Origin: the human T2T-CHM13v2.0 reference genome, Homo sapiens
Length of the DNA: 64,000 bases
NCBI RefSeq assembly: GCF_009914755.1
Contig: NC_060936.1
Direction: 5' to 3' (one strand)
The notes beneath the pieces are model-generated. The model saw only the letters and a program-made list of their open reading frames with translations, ran no database searches and had not been told where the DNA came from. Shown here one piece after another: positions 28,104-42,470 of the stretch (positions are counted from its first letter, which is position 1; every line of letters starts with the position of its first letter). The position numbers and the translations under genes were made by a program.

Positions 28104-28527
28104 TGTTAAAGCAAACTAAATATGGCCTGAGAAGGACTCCATAGTTCTATATTTGAATCCTTGTGATGAAATATAACCTAGCTTAATAGTCAGACAAAAC
28201 TGAAAAGCTAACTTAGTAGTATGCACCTTTAACAATAGCTGAGTGTTGGCCAATCCCAGAGGCCATACTTCAACCACTCATAGACTGCTGAGTTTTCAAA
28301 CTGTGTTTAAATAAGGCAAACGCCAACCTATAACCAAGCTCACTGTTTCTGTACCTCACTTCCTATTCCTGTACGTCACTTTACCCTTTTTGTCTATAGA
28401 TTTATTCTGACCATAGGGCACCCTTAGAGACTCTGTGAATCTGCTGTGATTCTGCCCAATTTGCGAATCGTTCATTGCTCAATTAAACTCCTTTAAATTT
28501 AGTTCAGCTGAAGTTTTTCTTTTATCA
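28104..28527 (+). mobile_element. MER57-type ERV1 solo LTR with 4-bp TSD
   Basis: tgttaaagcaaactaaatatggcctgagaaggactcc...ca; gtgg TSD at 28100-28103 and 28528-28531; internal CCAAT and attaaa. Confidence 0.85.
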
Positions 28528-28780
28528 GTGGGCTGGGCCTCTTTACTGTGAATCAGGCGATGTCCATGGTGCTTTGTCACAGCAGTTCTTTTCTTCTCAA
28601 GCTAGCTCATGTTTTTCAGAGTTGGTTTTGGAAAACATCAGACTTGCAGATAGGCAGGAGTGACAATGAAGGTGTTCATTCCTGTACCCTTCCCCCATCA
28701 TTTGCACATGACCCAAGCTGGTTCATTTTCAGGAAGCAGGGGACATAGCAAAAATAAATTCATGAATAAGGCTAATTATG

Positions 28781-29041
28781 TTCAATGACAAGGCTAGCAC
28801 CAAGCTGTTTTTAAACATAAATTCAGTCACTCAGACCACACAATTGAAACCCTCAGCAAAAGTGCAGAGAGTTCTCTGAAAGCTACTCACAGCTGCTACA
28901 GTTCATTCCAGCCCCTCCCGGAAAATTCCAAACAGAGGACATATGCCCTAGACACTGCCTGCCCTGTATGTCCTGATGTTAATCCCCAGGGGAAAACTTG
29001 ATTGGATTCAATGACAAAGCTAGCATCAAGCTGTTTTTAAA
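28781..29041. repeat. 35-bp direct duplication (28781-28815 and 29007-29041)
   Basis: 33/35 identical, offset 226 bp. Confidence 0.9.
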
Positions 29042-29479
29042 TTAAACTTTCCTTGTTAAGGAAAAGGGAACTATCTGTGGCCCATGACTTTTGAACTTAG
29101 AAATATCTATATGGCCCATTAAAAATCAGCCTCATTCATTTGTTTGTTTGTTGCGTTGCTTCATTTTGCTTTGCTTTCTTATATGTAGGGATAACTTGAA
29201 GCAACATTGGAAAATATTGGAAGTATGTCTTCACCACTCTTTCTCTCTGTACCTTTCTTTAGCCTTTTGAGGTAACAATATTCAATGAGCCAGATCCTTG
29301 GCCGATAATGGCTAGGCTACTAACCGATTGAGCTGGAGAACTTAAGGAAAGCTACTTTCCCTTTGGAGGCCACTGCTATGCCATCAATAAAACGAAGAGT
29401 TGGACCTGTTGATCTAACACCAATTAATGTGCTGTTAGTTTCTCTGCTGAACCTCTTACGCTAGAAAAGAGTTCACTCA

Positions 29480-29655
29480 TGCATGGACCTTGTTGCAGCT
29501 ACTTTCCATCCCTGTGCCCAGGGCTGACATCACTAATCAATCATATCCCTCTTTCTGAGAGTAGACTCAGCCTCATGCCCCTTTTAACACACCACTCTAA
29601 GAAGCCAACACCAATGGAATAGCGTTGTACTCAAGTAGAACACCCTTTGCCCTCC
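29480..29655 (-). mobile_element. hAT-Charlie MITE remnant (MER117-like)
   Basis: 'gacatcactaatcaatca' and the surrounding sequence resemble the recalled consensus. Confidence 0.45.
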
Positions 29656-30379
29656 CAACTCTGTGACTATTCTGACCCCCTCCCTGTCATTAAATCATAC
29701 TTGTTTATGTTGAATTAGCCATTTTTTCCCTCCATCTTAAAGCTGGTGAGGTGGGACTCACTGAATCCAATGCTTCTTTGAGCTTGGACATTCTGGGTAT
29801 CTATCATTCTCAAGCTGACCTTATGTATTTTTATTGTGATAAAGATACCAAAACTAAAAATTGAGACACAATGTTATGCCTCCAGATATGCTACCTTGTT
29901 TTATCAGTTCTTCAAAGTCCAGAATTAAAGAATCTCTCTGTGAATTGTCATGTCATGAGCCAGGTGAACCATACTGGACAAGTAGAGTCAAGCCTCTGTA
30001 ACCCAGAGTGGGAAAAATCGGGTAAGTAAACCCCTTCCCTCTGCAAACACATCCATTTGTCTGAATAAGGCTTATTTCTATCTGATGCTACTAGAGGTAC
30101 ATGAAAAGGTAATCAGAAAAGTCCTCTAAATTGAGGAAAGTATTTGGAGGAAAGCAGGATGGACACATCACATATTGTAGGAATAAAATGACCCTCAAGT
30201 TCAGTTTGCAATATGCTTATAACTGGAGAGTAGCAGTTTTTTAAGGTATGTCAAGACTATGGCTAGATCTAAGTAAGACAGCAATAGAAAAAATAAAGAA
30301 AGAAAAGAAAAGAAAAGGAATGCAACAGACCCCAGAAGTTTATTCTAGTCAAAATGTGTTTTTATACATGAACTATAAT

Positions 30380-30491
30380 TAGGGTGACAACAAAAGTTAT
30401 TGCCCAAACCAGGACATGTTTGAGAGTGAAAGGGGCATTATTAATAATTGCACTGGGACAACAGGTGTAAGCCAGGACAGATGACACCCTA
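30380..30491. mobile_element. MER81 hAT-Blackjack MITE
   Basis: TIRs tagggtgac...gacacccta, 112 bp; flanking 8-mers actataat/gccatggt differ only by transitions. Confidence 0.75.
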
Positions 30492-31164
30492 GCCATGGTC
30501 CTACCCCTTGCAGAAACTTCTGAGTGTTTGTGAATCAGAAGGCAGTAAATAAAGAAAATATATTTGACAGGGGCACGAAGTCTATGAACACTGCCTTCCT
30601 TCTTCTTCAGGGCAATAGGCATGAGGCAAAGGTAAGATAAAGACATGAGGAAGAATGTTAACAATAGGTAGTGTTTAAAAACCAATCTGTTGTTTATAAT
30701 CTATTTTTGTTTCAAGGTAGGGTGAACTGAAGAAAAAATTCACTTAAAATGAATTTTTACATTACTAGACAAGAATGCAATTCTTAAAGAGTAAGAAATC
30801 CCAATCATAGTTTTGAAACCAGCTAGGTAGCTCTAACAGTCAGAAGTTTCCATCTGGCCCCAAAGAAGAAGTCACATTTCTGTGTTCAGGACACTTCAGG
30901 ATGTTGCCACAAGGATCTCTTGACTGTCTTTGCATCATCTCAGGTTTCCTAGAGGAAAAAACTAACATTTTATTTAATCTCATAAAAATTCTGAGTGTTT
31001 CATAAATTGGCTGCTTCATTTTTACAAATATCGAAACAGAGGATCAGAGATTACCTGCCCAAGATAACCCCATTAAACACAGACGTGGATTCAAACTCAC
31101 CATGTTTTACTCTTCCTGTATTGCCTAGGACAAAGGTATCAAACAAAAAACGGCAAAACATAGA

Positions 31165-32110
31165 CTCATTCATTAGCACCTCAATGTTTATTGAGTGCCT
31201 ACCTTTTATCAGACATTGTCCTACGTACTAGGGATACAGAGATGAGCCTAAAACAGTGCCCTGACACTTATATTCTAGTGTGCGAGGTGGGAAGATCATT
31301 ACTGGCAGAAGGAACAGCACATGCAAAGGTTGTGAAAAGATGATCCAGATACTAATCCAGCTGTAGAGAAGTGAGACAGAGAAGGCTGGAGAGAGAACCA
31401 CAGAAGAGAGTTTGTGGGGCCCTGTAAGCCCAGGTAAAGACTTCACATTCCAAGTAGAAAAAGAAATCAGGAAAATGTCACGATGTTATTTATAGCAGTG
31501 GGAAGCCTGGACTGCAGGGGCCAAAAGAAGCAGCAGAAAGACCTGTGAAGAGGCTCCCACGGTCTTCACAAATGCTAGAGATAATGGTGTTAGGTGAGAG
31601 AATTAGCAGTGGAGGTGGTGAGAAGTGGATACAGAGAGGGTGTACTCCCAAGGCCATGGGAAAGGATTTGCTAATAGGTTAGATGCTGGCCTTGGGCGCC
31701 AGAGAGGCACCAAGGAACTCCTGTTAGTGGAACCATGAATGCAGATTGGGAACAGGAGCAGGAGGCTGAGCAGGCAGGCGGGACGTCATTTTGAAGTTCT
31801 CTTCAAATGGAAGGGTTTCAGATGTTCAGGGAACCTTTGGGGAGTTTTAAGTAAGGGAGGAGAATCATTCCATTTTCCTTTTGGAGAGATCACTCTGGTG
31901 GCAGTGTTTGGAATGGATTAGAGAAAGGAGGAGAGGAGAAGCAGTGAAAGCAGCTGGGAAATTAAATGCTGAGTTAGGTAGGGGATTATGAAGGCTTGGA
32001 CTGAGACAATGGCCGTGGGGATAAAGAAGAGAGGCTACATTTGAAATATTTATGGGGCAAGGGAGTTAATTAAAAAACAGTGGCTTATTAGATGTGAGAA
32101 GAGAAGGAGA
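31165..32110 (-). mobile_element. L2 fragments (antisense)
   Basis: 'tttattgagtgcctac', 'ggaacagcacatgcaaagg', 'gagatcactctggtggcagtg'. Confidence 0.7.
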
Positions 32111-32614
32111 AGATTAAAATAGTCTCCCTTTCCTGAACGTTCTGAAGTCTGGGAGGTTCAAGAATCTCAGCAAATCCCAGATTTTCTTAAAGGGCCAGTC
32201 AATGTAAATTAATGAATAGTTTTTAAAAAATCTTCAAAGAAATATAAAGAGTTTTTAAAAGAGAGAGCAGAGGCAAGGTATTCCTTTTTGTATTGGACAT
32301 TTTTTTATATCGGGTCCAGAATTTAAATGTATACCAAGAGTTTGAATTGTAGTGATCATTCTGTTGACTCTGTATACCATAAATAAGTGTAGCCATTATA
32401 TAGGGTGGCACTTTAACACTCTAACGTGTTGTCTGTCTCAAGAGGTTGCCTTGGAAGTTTATAGTCTGAATGTAATGATGCTGCCCATCATTTCTGCAAA
32501 TTTTCTACCCTTTTTGAAGGAGGTTATTTTTAAAGTCAGCTGGGCATTGCATTAGAAAGAATTCCCACTACTTTGGCCACCAACCTAATTTTTACTTTAA
32601 AATAGAAACACCCT

Positions 32615-32999
<385 letters not shown>

Positions 33000-33924
33000 T
33001 CAGTGTACAAAGGATGAAAATTTTCTTTACTGAGGTTATGTAGGACGCTGTGCTGCAGGTTCTTAAAGCTGTATGGAACCACGGTATCAAAGTTTCCTCT
33101 AAGTCATGGGGGTTCTTTCTGGTATCTGGGCCTTTGGGCTTCTTCTGACTTCAGGGCTCTTCCTCCCTCCCACCTTTATTTTCACAACTTGTCTTTCAGA
33201 ATCAGTTGAGCTCTGTGTCCCTAGAATTCATCCTCAGACCTCCAAGGCCGTATTGTTTGTCCTGTGCACTCCTGGGCCTCCAATGTTTACCTCTGTCCCC
33301 ACCATATTGCAATATTCTATTGGCTGCTCTCACTACTTATCTGTGATCTCTTAGAGAATTGGAATTGATCTCTTCATAGCCTTTAGCACTTAGCATAGGG
33401 CCTAAGTGCTAAATCAATATATATGCTTAATAACTGAATAATGGCTAGCTCTAAGGATTAAAACAATGTTTTTCCTTTTTTTTAAAAAAAAGCAACCTCA
33501 AAACAGTTAATCTAAACTCTCTTGGTAACAACTTTAGCCAGGGAGTACTCGTTTGGAGGTACATACATACTCTGACATCTGGGTGTCTGAATTATTTTAT
33601 TGGTCATATAGAATAATAGGAGTCCATTTTAAAGATACATTTTTAATTGGCATATCTCTAACCACAATAGCAGCAGCGACTAATCTTAGGCAACTGGCTT
33701 TGCACCAGCTCCTATGGCAGAAACCACCAGTTATTCCTTACTAACAGAACCCCCATTTCGTTGACAGTAATGATGCACATGTCTACATGCTTTTTTGAAT
33801 TGGCTATGGCCTTGTGACCAAGTTCCAGCCAGGGAGCTGGAACAAAGATGTTGAGAAGGACTTCCAGAGGGCTTCCTAAAAGGCAGACAGACATTCTAGG
33901 AAAGCTCTTTTCCCCATTCTCAAT

Positions 33925-34297
33925 TGTCTTAGTCCATTTGGGCTGCTATAACAAGATGCTATAAACTCAGTGGTTTATAAATAATAAATTTGTTTCTCAC
34001 AGTCTGGAGGCTGGGAAGCCCAAGATCAAGATGCTGGCAGATTTGGTGTCTGGTGGGGTCCTATTTCCTGGTTCATAGACAGTGACTTCTCCATGTGTCC
34101 TCACATGGAAGGGGCAAGGGAGCTCTTGGGAACTCTTATAAGGGCACTAATCCTATTCATGAGGCCACCATCCTCATGACCTAATCACCTCTCAAAGGCA
34201 CCCCTTCCTAATACCATCACCTTGGGGTTAATGGTTCAACATTCATATGTTGTAACATATGAATTTGTGGGGGGACATAAGCATTTGGTCAGTCACA
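33925..34297 (-). mobile_element. MLT1A/A0 MaLR LTR
   Basis: 'tgtcttagtccatttgggctgctataaca...ctggaggctgggaagcccaagatcaag...cctaatcacctctcaaagg'. Confidence 0.85.
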
Positions 34298-34399
34298 CTG
34301 GTACTTACACTGAGCCATTTTGGATCATAAGATTACCTAGAAGGAGCAGTCTGTCTCTAAGATGCCAGAGCCAAAAGAACAAATTCTGAATCCCTGTGA

Positions 34400-34789
<390 letters not shown>

Positions 34790-36504
34790 TAAGCTGTTGT
34801 TATTTTGGATTTTCTATACCAGGCAGCTACACTTATTCCTAATGAGCTTAGGTGTTTTACAGAGAATATTTCAGTTAACCTTTACCGTACCCCTGTGAGT
34901 TAGGGGTTATTGTCCCCACTTTTCAGTTGAGGAAATTGAGATAGCAGAGTTGAGTTTGAACCATGACTGCTTGACTCTAGATCCTGTTATTATATGAGAA
35001 TGGGCCTCCGTTTTGAGTGATTTAAGCATCTCCACCTATATGGAATTGTTGACTTTATACTTTCCTATACATTTCTTTAGATCACTCTTCTTTTTATCTT
35101 CTTTCACGTGTTTTCATGTCATCAGAATTTATGGTTGGACAGGAAACCAGAAGGACTTTGTTTTTAAAGTTTTTGGCCCAAAGAATGAGGCCAATAACAT
35201 GTGGCTCAACCAAAGGGCATGTTCTATTACTCTCCGAGCATCTGTATAGTTGGGGTTTGTTTTAGAGAGACACTGACACTTCCTTTGTCCTGCTTCATCT
35301 TCATGATGCTCTGAGAGCAAGACAGAACGACTGATGTTTCTGTTATTTAATGAGTGAGAAGACTGGGCCAGTCTAAGGATGTTGACCACTTTTCATTGTG
35401 TACGCAGGGTCCAATACCTGAAGTCACTCTGTCCTGTCTGGGGACTTTTGGAGACCACTGTAGTCAGTAATACACTGGAAGAATTTTAGAACTCAGGAGA
35501 ACCTCTCTAATTTCACTCTCTCAATATATTTCTTTTAATTCAATTCTAATTATCAAAACTTATATAAAATATTTATACCAAGAATTTTAAAGAGCTCTAA
35601 AATAATCAAAAAGGATAAGATTACAGGTAATTTTTTACCTGTTTGTTGGGGTTGTGAAAGGGCCATGATGCAAACTTACTTTATCTGGACTTCAACTGCC
35701 ACATCTTATGCATTTGTGAAGAGATAATTCAATTTCTAATAAATATCTCCTGGATTCCTTTATAAGATATTTAGCTTAGCCATGTCGTTCCCTTTCATCT
35801 AGTGAAACTCACTCTAGCTCTTAAGAGGATCATGTCATTTTGCACATCAGTGAATAGCCTCACATCTCCTGTTTCTACTCACAGCAAACACCCTTGAGGT
35901 TAGAGCTTGATGGTTAAACACAAAGAGTCCCAATGCCCTAAGATTCCACAGACGCCTGTTGAATTACCAGGATGCTCATAGACTGCAAATACTTAACAAA
36001 AGGAGTTTCTCCCCCTTGACACCCCCCTCACCCTCGCCCTCAACACTCTCACTCCCACCACAAGTGAAAGAGAAAAAAAATCCCACTTCAAACAGTGCAC
36101 CTGGCTATAATCTTTTCTACTTCAACTAATTGCGATTTCCAGTGGCATGAGGTTGGGGGATGGGGAGGGAGTGGAGACTTCACTGGCTAGTAATGAAGTA
36201 TCAAACCACAAAATGATTTCATACGGTCGATTGTTCCATTCCAGGGCAGCCAACATCTTACATTAATTTTCAGTTGCAGGAACTATAGTTCTCATACAAA
36301 GAAATACATTCCTAACAAGGTACAGGAATTAATTTTCAAAATGGCCTTAATGCAAAAGCAGGCAAAGAGTTTCAAGTTGTTTCAGAGTTTCAGAATGACT
36401 TTTACAGATGTCTGAAAATCACTCAACTTCTGGACTTTTAAAAAGCATTAATGCTCTTAAAAGAGGCAAACCCCAGTTTTTATAATTGACCAAGTTTTGA
36501 ATTA

Positions 36505-36675
36505 CACTTTCATGTTTGTGACTATTTGTATAACATCTGTCTAGCCAGATTGTACATGTCATGTGGACAGAAACTTTGTCTATTTTTATTCACCACCTTA
36601 TCATCAGTATTCAGCAGAGTGCCTGTAGCATAGCAGGTGTTCAATAAATACTATTGATTTCATGAATGAATGAAA
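36505..36675 (+). mobile_element. L2 3' end
   Basis: 'gcaggtgttcaataaatactattgatttcatgaatgaatgaa'. Confidence 0.7.
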
Positions 36676-36914
36676 TCCCAAGGCTATAGATAATTCTTTA
36701 AGTGTTTGCTATAATAATATCCTGTTGCCAGATGGCCAGAAGGGAAGAGACAGAAGGAAGGGAATGTATAAAATTTTATAAATGTTATTGTTTATAGAAT
36801 GCTTTATGTAAGTGGAAATATTTTCACACATAGTAATAATAATGGTGATTATCGGTAGCAGTAGAGTTATTATTAGTAATAGTGAGAGTCATAGGGTGTG
36901 GGGTGTGGTAGTAG

Positions 36915-37120
36915 CCTTGAGTGATTATTATATGCCGGCTGTTGGGCTTAGCTCTTTGCATGAATCACATTTTATATTCACAGTTCTCTGTAGGGTAGTA
37001 ATTTATATTATCCCAATTTCACAGATGAGAAGACTGAGGCATGGACACATAAATAACTTTTTCAAAGTTCCAGGATCACATAGGTAGGAAGTAGCAGATT
37101 TTGAACTAAACTTTATCCCA
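36915..37120 (-). mobile_element. MIR
   Basis: 'atcccaatttcacagatgagaagactgaggcat'. Confidence 0.75.
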
Positions 37121-37187
37121 TCTGTAGCCTATTTCCCCCTTTTTCCCTTTCCTTTTCCGTTCCCTTTCGTTTTCTTAGAATAGCATA

Positions 37188-37690
37188 TTGATGGTAGACA
37201 TTGCGGTTTGGCTCTTTAAGCGTCTATCCCAGGTCCCTTCTCCCTGACTTTCCTAACCTATGAAACTAGAAAGCTACACACTTTATTTCCCAGCATCCTC
37301 TGCACAACAGCTGGCCATGTGACACAGTTTGGGGCAAAGAGTTAGAAGTGGAAGTCAGCAGAGAGAGCCCGTGACTGAAGACTTGGAAAAGCTCTTGATT
37401 TCTCAAAAAAAGGGACAAGGTAGCTAGCATTCCCCCATTTCCCATCTGCTTCATTCATTCTTGAATGTGATATTTGTCTGTCAGGGGGTGCAGAAGCCCT
37501 TTTGTAACAATGAGACTGAGAGAATCACAGGACAGTCAGCCCCAGCATAGTGTGCTGGCTGCACCAACCCCAGTCACACTTTACATGCTGATGTCTTATT
37601 ACGTCAGGTAAACAAACCCCGATTTGTTTCAGCCATGGTGAATCTAGCTTGCACGATTTGTAGTTAAAATCATTACGGCAGATGCCAACA
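37188..37690 (+). mobile_element. Old MaLR LTR (MLT1-type)
   Basis: 'tttcccagcatcctctgcacaacagctggccatgtgacacagtttgggg...gaagtggaagtc'. Confidence 0.6.
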
Positions 37691-39029
37691 TGCATCTTCT
37701 AAAGTTAAGGCTGAGACTTAGGAAGCTGCTTCAGGGGCAATGGGAGGAAACTGGCTTTTGGCCATGAAACAAAAAGTAATCTCACTTGTCTTGATGTTGA
37801 ATCTTGCAGAGTGGGGATATTGAAATCTCAAGTCAGATAGAATGCACTAGATTGTGAAATAAGGTATAAATATCTATATTTGCCATTGTCTTTCCAAAAT
37901 AATCCTAGGCAGCAAGTGTTGCTATAAAAAAGTATTAAGTCAATGCTTTGCAAATTGTAATCAGATTAAAAGAAAAAGAAATCCAGAGACAAAGAGGAAA
38001 CCTGATAATCCTTGCATGGATATCCATACATTTAAAAGGACCCTGCATCGTTGCTCAAAAAGCCCAAAGAGCTTTTGTGGCCTGACGTGGAGAACTCATA
38101 GGGACTGTGATCAGTCACTTAAGAGGTTGTGTAAATTCCTGCCATTCATTTTGCTCTTTATTACAGTAAAAGAAAAAATTTCTTAAAACTTGCCTAAGTG
38201 GTAATCTCAGATTAAGGAGTTTCTCATGTCCCATATTTGTGAGCCTGCTGGTAGCTCTCTACTGGTACATGTGGCTCTTCTGTCAATTTAGAATGATCTC
38301 CTCTGTCTGGATAGGACATTCTTGGCCTTTAGGAGAGAGAGATTGTGTTTATTCTGAACTATGGCATAAATTAATCTGGCAATTTGTTTCTCCAAATCAT
38401 TCAGTTCAGTTCCTTCATTCATTCAACATCATGAGAGACACTTAAGAGCTGTGTTTCTTGGAATGCTGCCTTGTTGGCAGTCAGAAATGGCTTGATAGTT
38501 TCCAAGGAAAAATTGATGACTTAAGCTTATTCATATTTATTTGCAAATTCGAAACGTAAAATAATTGTTGTCACAGATTCCATTATATTTTTACAGGTTG
38601 TCTTGCTAATATCCACTTAACTTGACTAGTGTGTTTTTACCTCATTTGCGTATTTGCTGAAATGAGAATTTGCTGAGTTCTCATTTCCCATCATTATTGT
38701 GTGTCTTTACAATTCTCATAAATAGACAAGTGTCTCAAAAGTGATTGGTTGAACATAATGTTAATGATGACAATAGGTACATAGTTACTATAGCTCAAAA
38801 TAATGTCCTATACATGAACAGGAAATAGAATTTGAATGTAAATGTGAATATGTATGTCTTGGAACAAGTGAGTATGCGTGCTAATGTGACAAGTTTCTGA
38901 CAGTTCCCCCCCTCCACAAATGTATGCATAAGAATAATCAGAACGAATTCCTGAGGGTACATTTTACTGTAAGCAAATTACACCCAAGTAATCCTGACTT
39001 GAGAAATGAATGAATGAATGAATGAACAT

Positions 39030-39760
39030 CTGAAGGTCAGTTATATTACTTGTCAACACCTAGGCTATTATGTGTTTTGAAATTTTTAGAATAGAAACAT
39101 AAACCAACAGCATTTTCACTTAATTTTTAAACAAATCTTGATGATATGATTGTTTAGCACTTGAATATCTCTAAAACAAGGTCAGAATAATGCTTTTCGA
39201 TACAAAATTGGCGAATTAGTTAAGTCAGTGAAGAGACAAAAGTTCTTGAAGTATCATCCAAATTCATATTTAGCCATACTCTGGTTAAGATGATTATAAT
39301 AAAAAATACTATGCCCTCAAGTTAATGAAAAATACTATGCCCTGAGAGAAATCGGAGCCTTTGACAAGACTCCTTTATTCAGTGACACTTTTGGACTTAT
39401 TACTGGTAGTGCACAAGGGAAAGAAGTTGCTATGGCTTCATTGTTAGATGAATCTATTGATATGCAGAGTGTGAACCAGCTCCTAGCCTTTATGCAGGAC
39501 ACGTATGAGGGGAAAGTGCAAGAGAACATCTTGTTTCATTTAATTACTTAAAGCCCCTGTCACAGGAGAGGGCATTTCCATGCAGTTAACAGTTATTCTG
39601 TGATTCATGCGCTGGCTGCAAGAGGTGGCTAGACTCAGTAGTGAAGCATATCTACACAAATAAAAGAGCTGCACTGAATGCCAGGTCACACACTGCTTAA
39701 TCCAAAGAGAACTGGCAGACACAACTCCAAGGAACACTATTGGCTTTGTGCTCCAGGGAA
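39030..39760 (+). pseudogene. Disrupted hAT (Charlie-type) DNA transposase fossil
   Basis: 39432-39540 translates MASLLDESIDMQSVNQLLAFMQDTYEGKVQENILFH (compare the Charlie/ZBED5-type LQLDESTD..QLLVFVRY..E.FLF). Frameshifted VTGEGI follows, then THCLIQRELA at ~39688-39717 (compare THCxIHRExLA). Confidence 0.75.
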
Positions 39761-40843
39761 ATACAACGTCTGTATGACCACTCAAAGTTATACAACAAGG
39801 TGGCCCCGACTCTGCCTCCTGCTCTTGATTCAGGGTTGAAAGAATTGGTGAAAATCACAAGTCCCAACAATTCCATCTAATGAGTATATGTCTTTTCTAG
39901 CTCTTTGTTATTAACTAAGCAGTGAGTAATAAATAACATTTTGCTTTCTGGCACTAGAGTATGCTAGCTTTTGAGGGAGAATGTGTTCTTACAATTTTTT
40001 TTTTTCAAATGAAGGATGAGGGAAAAAAACCCACATTTTTCTATGACATTATAATACCTTCTAAAAAATTCATTTTAAGTGGTTTGCTCAAGCAGACTGT
40101 CTCAATATACATACTCCAGTTTCAAAATGCTATGACTATAAATGTCAAGAATTAGATAAGATATTAGGATTACTTAAGAAAACCAAAGTGGAACAAACAC
40201 TTCCATTACTGGGAATTTGATTCATTTCCAATGCTTGCTAATTTTCTTTGCTTGTTGAAAATAATCACTGATGCTATATTATTGGCCGTGTTTTAAAACC
40301 ACATCCAAATGCTCCAACATGCCATGAAGAAATACTTTTGGGAACAGAAGGCAACAAATGGATCTATTAGGAATTCACTGACCATCATCTCCCAAGTTGA
40401 AAAGTATAGTTTCTAGCTTTTGGATAAGATTTGTTTAACAACTAGATATCCAAACTATTATGTGCCTGTTGCCATCCCCAACCACTTTCCTCTATGCTCA
40501 AACATGTTAAACATGTATAAATACAGGTACATATGTTCTTGCTTTGCTCATTTTTTTCTTAACAAAAGAAGATATTATACCATGCATTTTACTCTGCAAC
40601 TTGCTTTTTAATCGCTCCAAATTATAGCATGGGTAACTCTCCACACCAGTAGATTAAAAAATGTATTTAGAACAATCTAATGTTGTAAATGAAATAATGT
40701 AATCAAAAAGAGACCAGCTGAATGTGGGAGTTATCTCAAATGGAGAACAATTGCAAATGAATCCCTCATTAATATGACAAAACCCTGTTATCAAGCCTGA
40801 AATTTTATGTTAACAGCTCATCATTTAAAAACTACGATATGTC

Positions 40844-41172
<329 letters not shown>

Positions 41173-41184
41173 CTACGGTGTGTC

Positions 41185-42470
41185 TTTTGAACAGTTATTG
41201 AGGCATAATTGACATATAATAAACTGCAAATATTTAAAGTATATAATTTGATAAGTTTGGGCATAGAAATATACCTGTGAAGCCATTGCTACAATCAAGA
41301 TAATGAACATATCTATCAACCCAAAAAATTTGCTCATGTGTAATCGTTCATGTACAAGTTCTTTCTCCAGCCCCACTTGGTTTCTCATCTCTAGCAAGCT
41401 ACTGATTTTCTTTCTGTCATTATAGATTACTTTGCATTTTCTAGATTTTTATGTAAATAAAATCATAGCATGTACTCTTTTTTGGTTTGGATTTTCTCCA
41501 GTGTAACTATTTTGTATTGTATGTGTCCTTTTTTATTGTTAAGGAGTGTCCCTTTATATGTATATACAGTCAGCCCCCTCGGTATTGGCAGCTTCTGCAT
41601 CCTTGGATTCAACCAACTGCGATAAAAAATATTCAGGAAAAAAAGAACAATAGAAAATAACAATACAGCAATGAAAAATAATGCAAATTAAAAATACCGT
41701 AAAACAACTATTTATGTAGCATTTATATTATATTAAGTATTGTAAGTAGACAGGACTTAAAGTATACGAGAGGATGCCTGTAGGTTATGTGCAAATACTA
41801 GACCATTTCATGTAAGGGACCTGAGCATCCGCAGATTTTGGTATCCGAGGGAGGTCCTGCAACCAATCCCTCATAGATACTGAGGGACTACTGTATTACA
41901 ATGTATATACCCAGTTACTGATGGACATTTGAGTTACTTCCAGTTTGGGGCAATTGTAAATCAAACTGCTGTAGATTGTTTTCCAAAGTGGTTGTACGAT
42001 TTTACACTCTCACTTACAGTGTATGAGAGTTCTTTCATATTCTCGCATGATCAATCTTTCTAATATTAGCAATTCTAATTGGGGCATAATGGTATCTCAC
42101 TGTAGTTTTAATTTGAATTTCCCTCTTAATAATTTTAATCATCTTTTCATATGCTTATTTACCATCTGTATCTCTTCTTTTATAAAATATCAATTCAAAT
42201 CTTTTTTCTATCCTTAGTGGGTTCTTTTCTTATTGAGTTTTAAGAATGTTTTCTGTATTCTTGAGCTAAGTTTGTTACCAGATATGTGGTTACCAAATAC
42301 TTTTTTCAGCCTGTGCCTTGTCTTTTTGTTCTCTTTACAGTGTTTTTCTTAAAAAGAAGTTCTACTTAAAAGTTCAATTTATTAATTCTTCTTTTATGGA
42401 TTAAGCTACTGGTATCATATCTAGGACATCTTTGCCTAATCCAAGTCACAAAAATTTTCTCATATGAAAT
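41185..42470 (-). mobile_element. L1MB/MC-type 3' end, interrupted by MER2
   Basis: 'ttattgaggcataattgacatataataaactgcaaatatttaaagt' and 'ttttccaaagtggttgtac'. Confidence 0.8.
41567..41893 (-). mobile_element. MER2-type TcMar-Tigger MITE with TA TSD
   Basis: ta|cagtc...ctg|ta; 'ggattcaaccaactgcg' and 'agattttggtatccgagggaggtcctgcaaccaatccc'. Confidence 0.85.
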
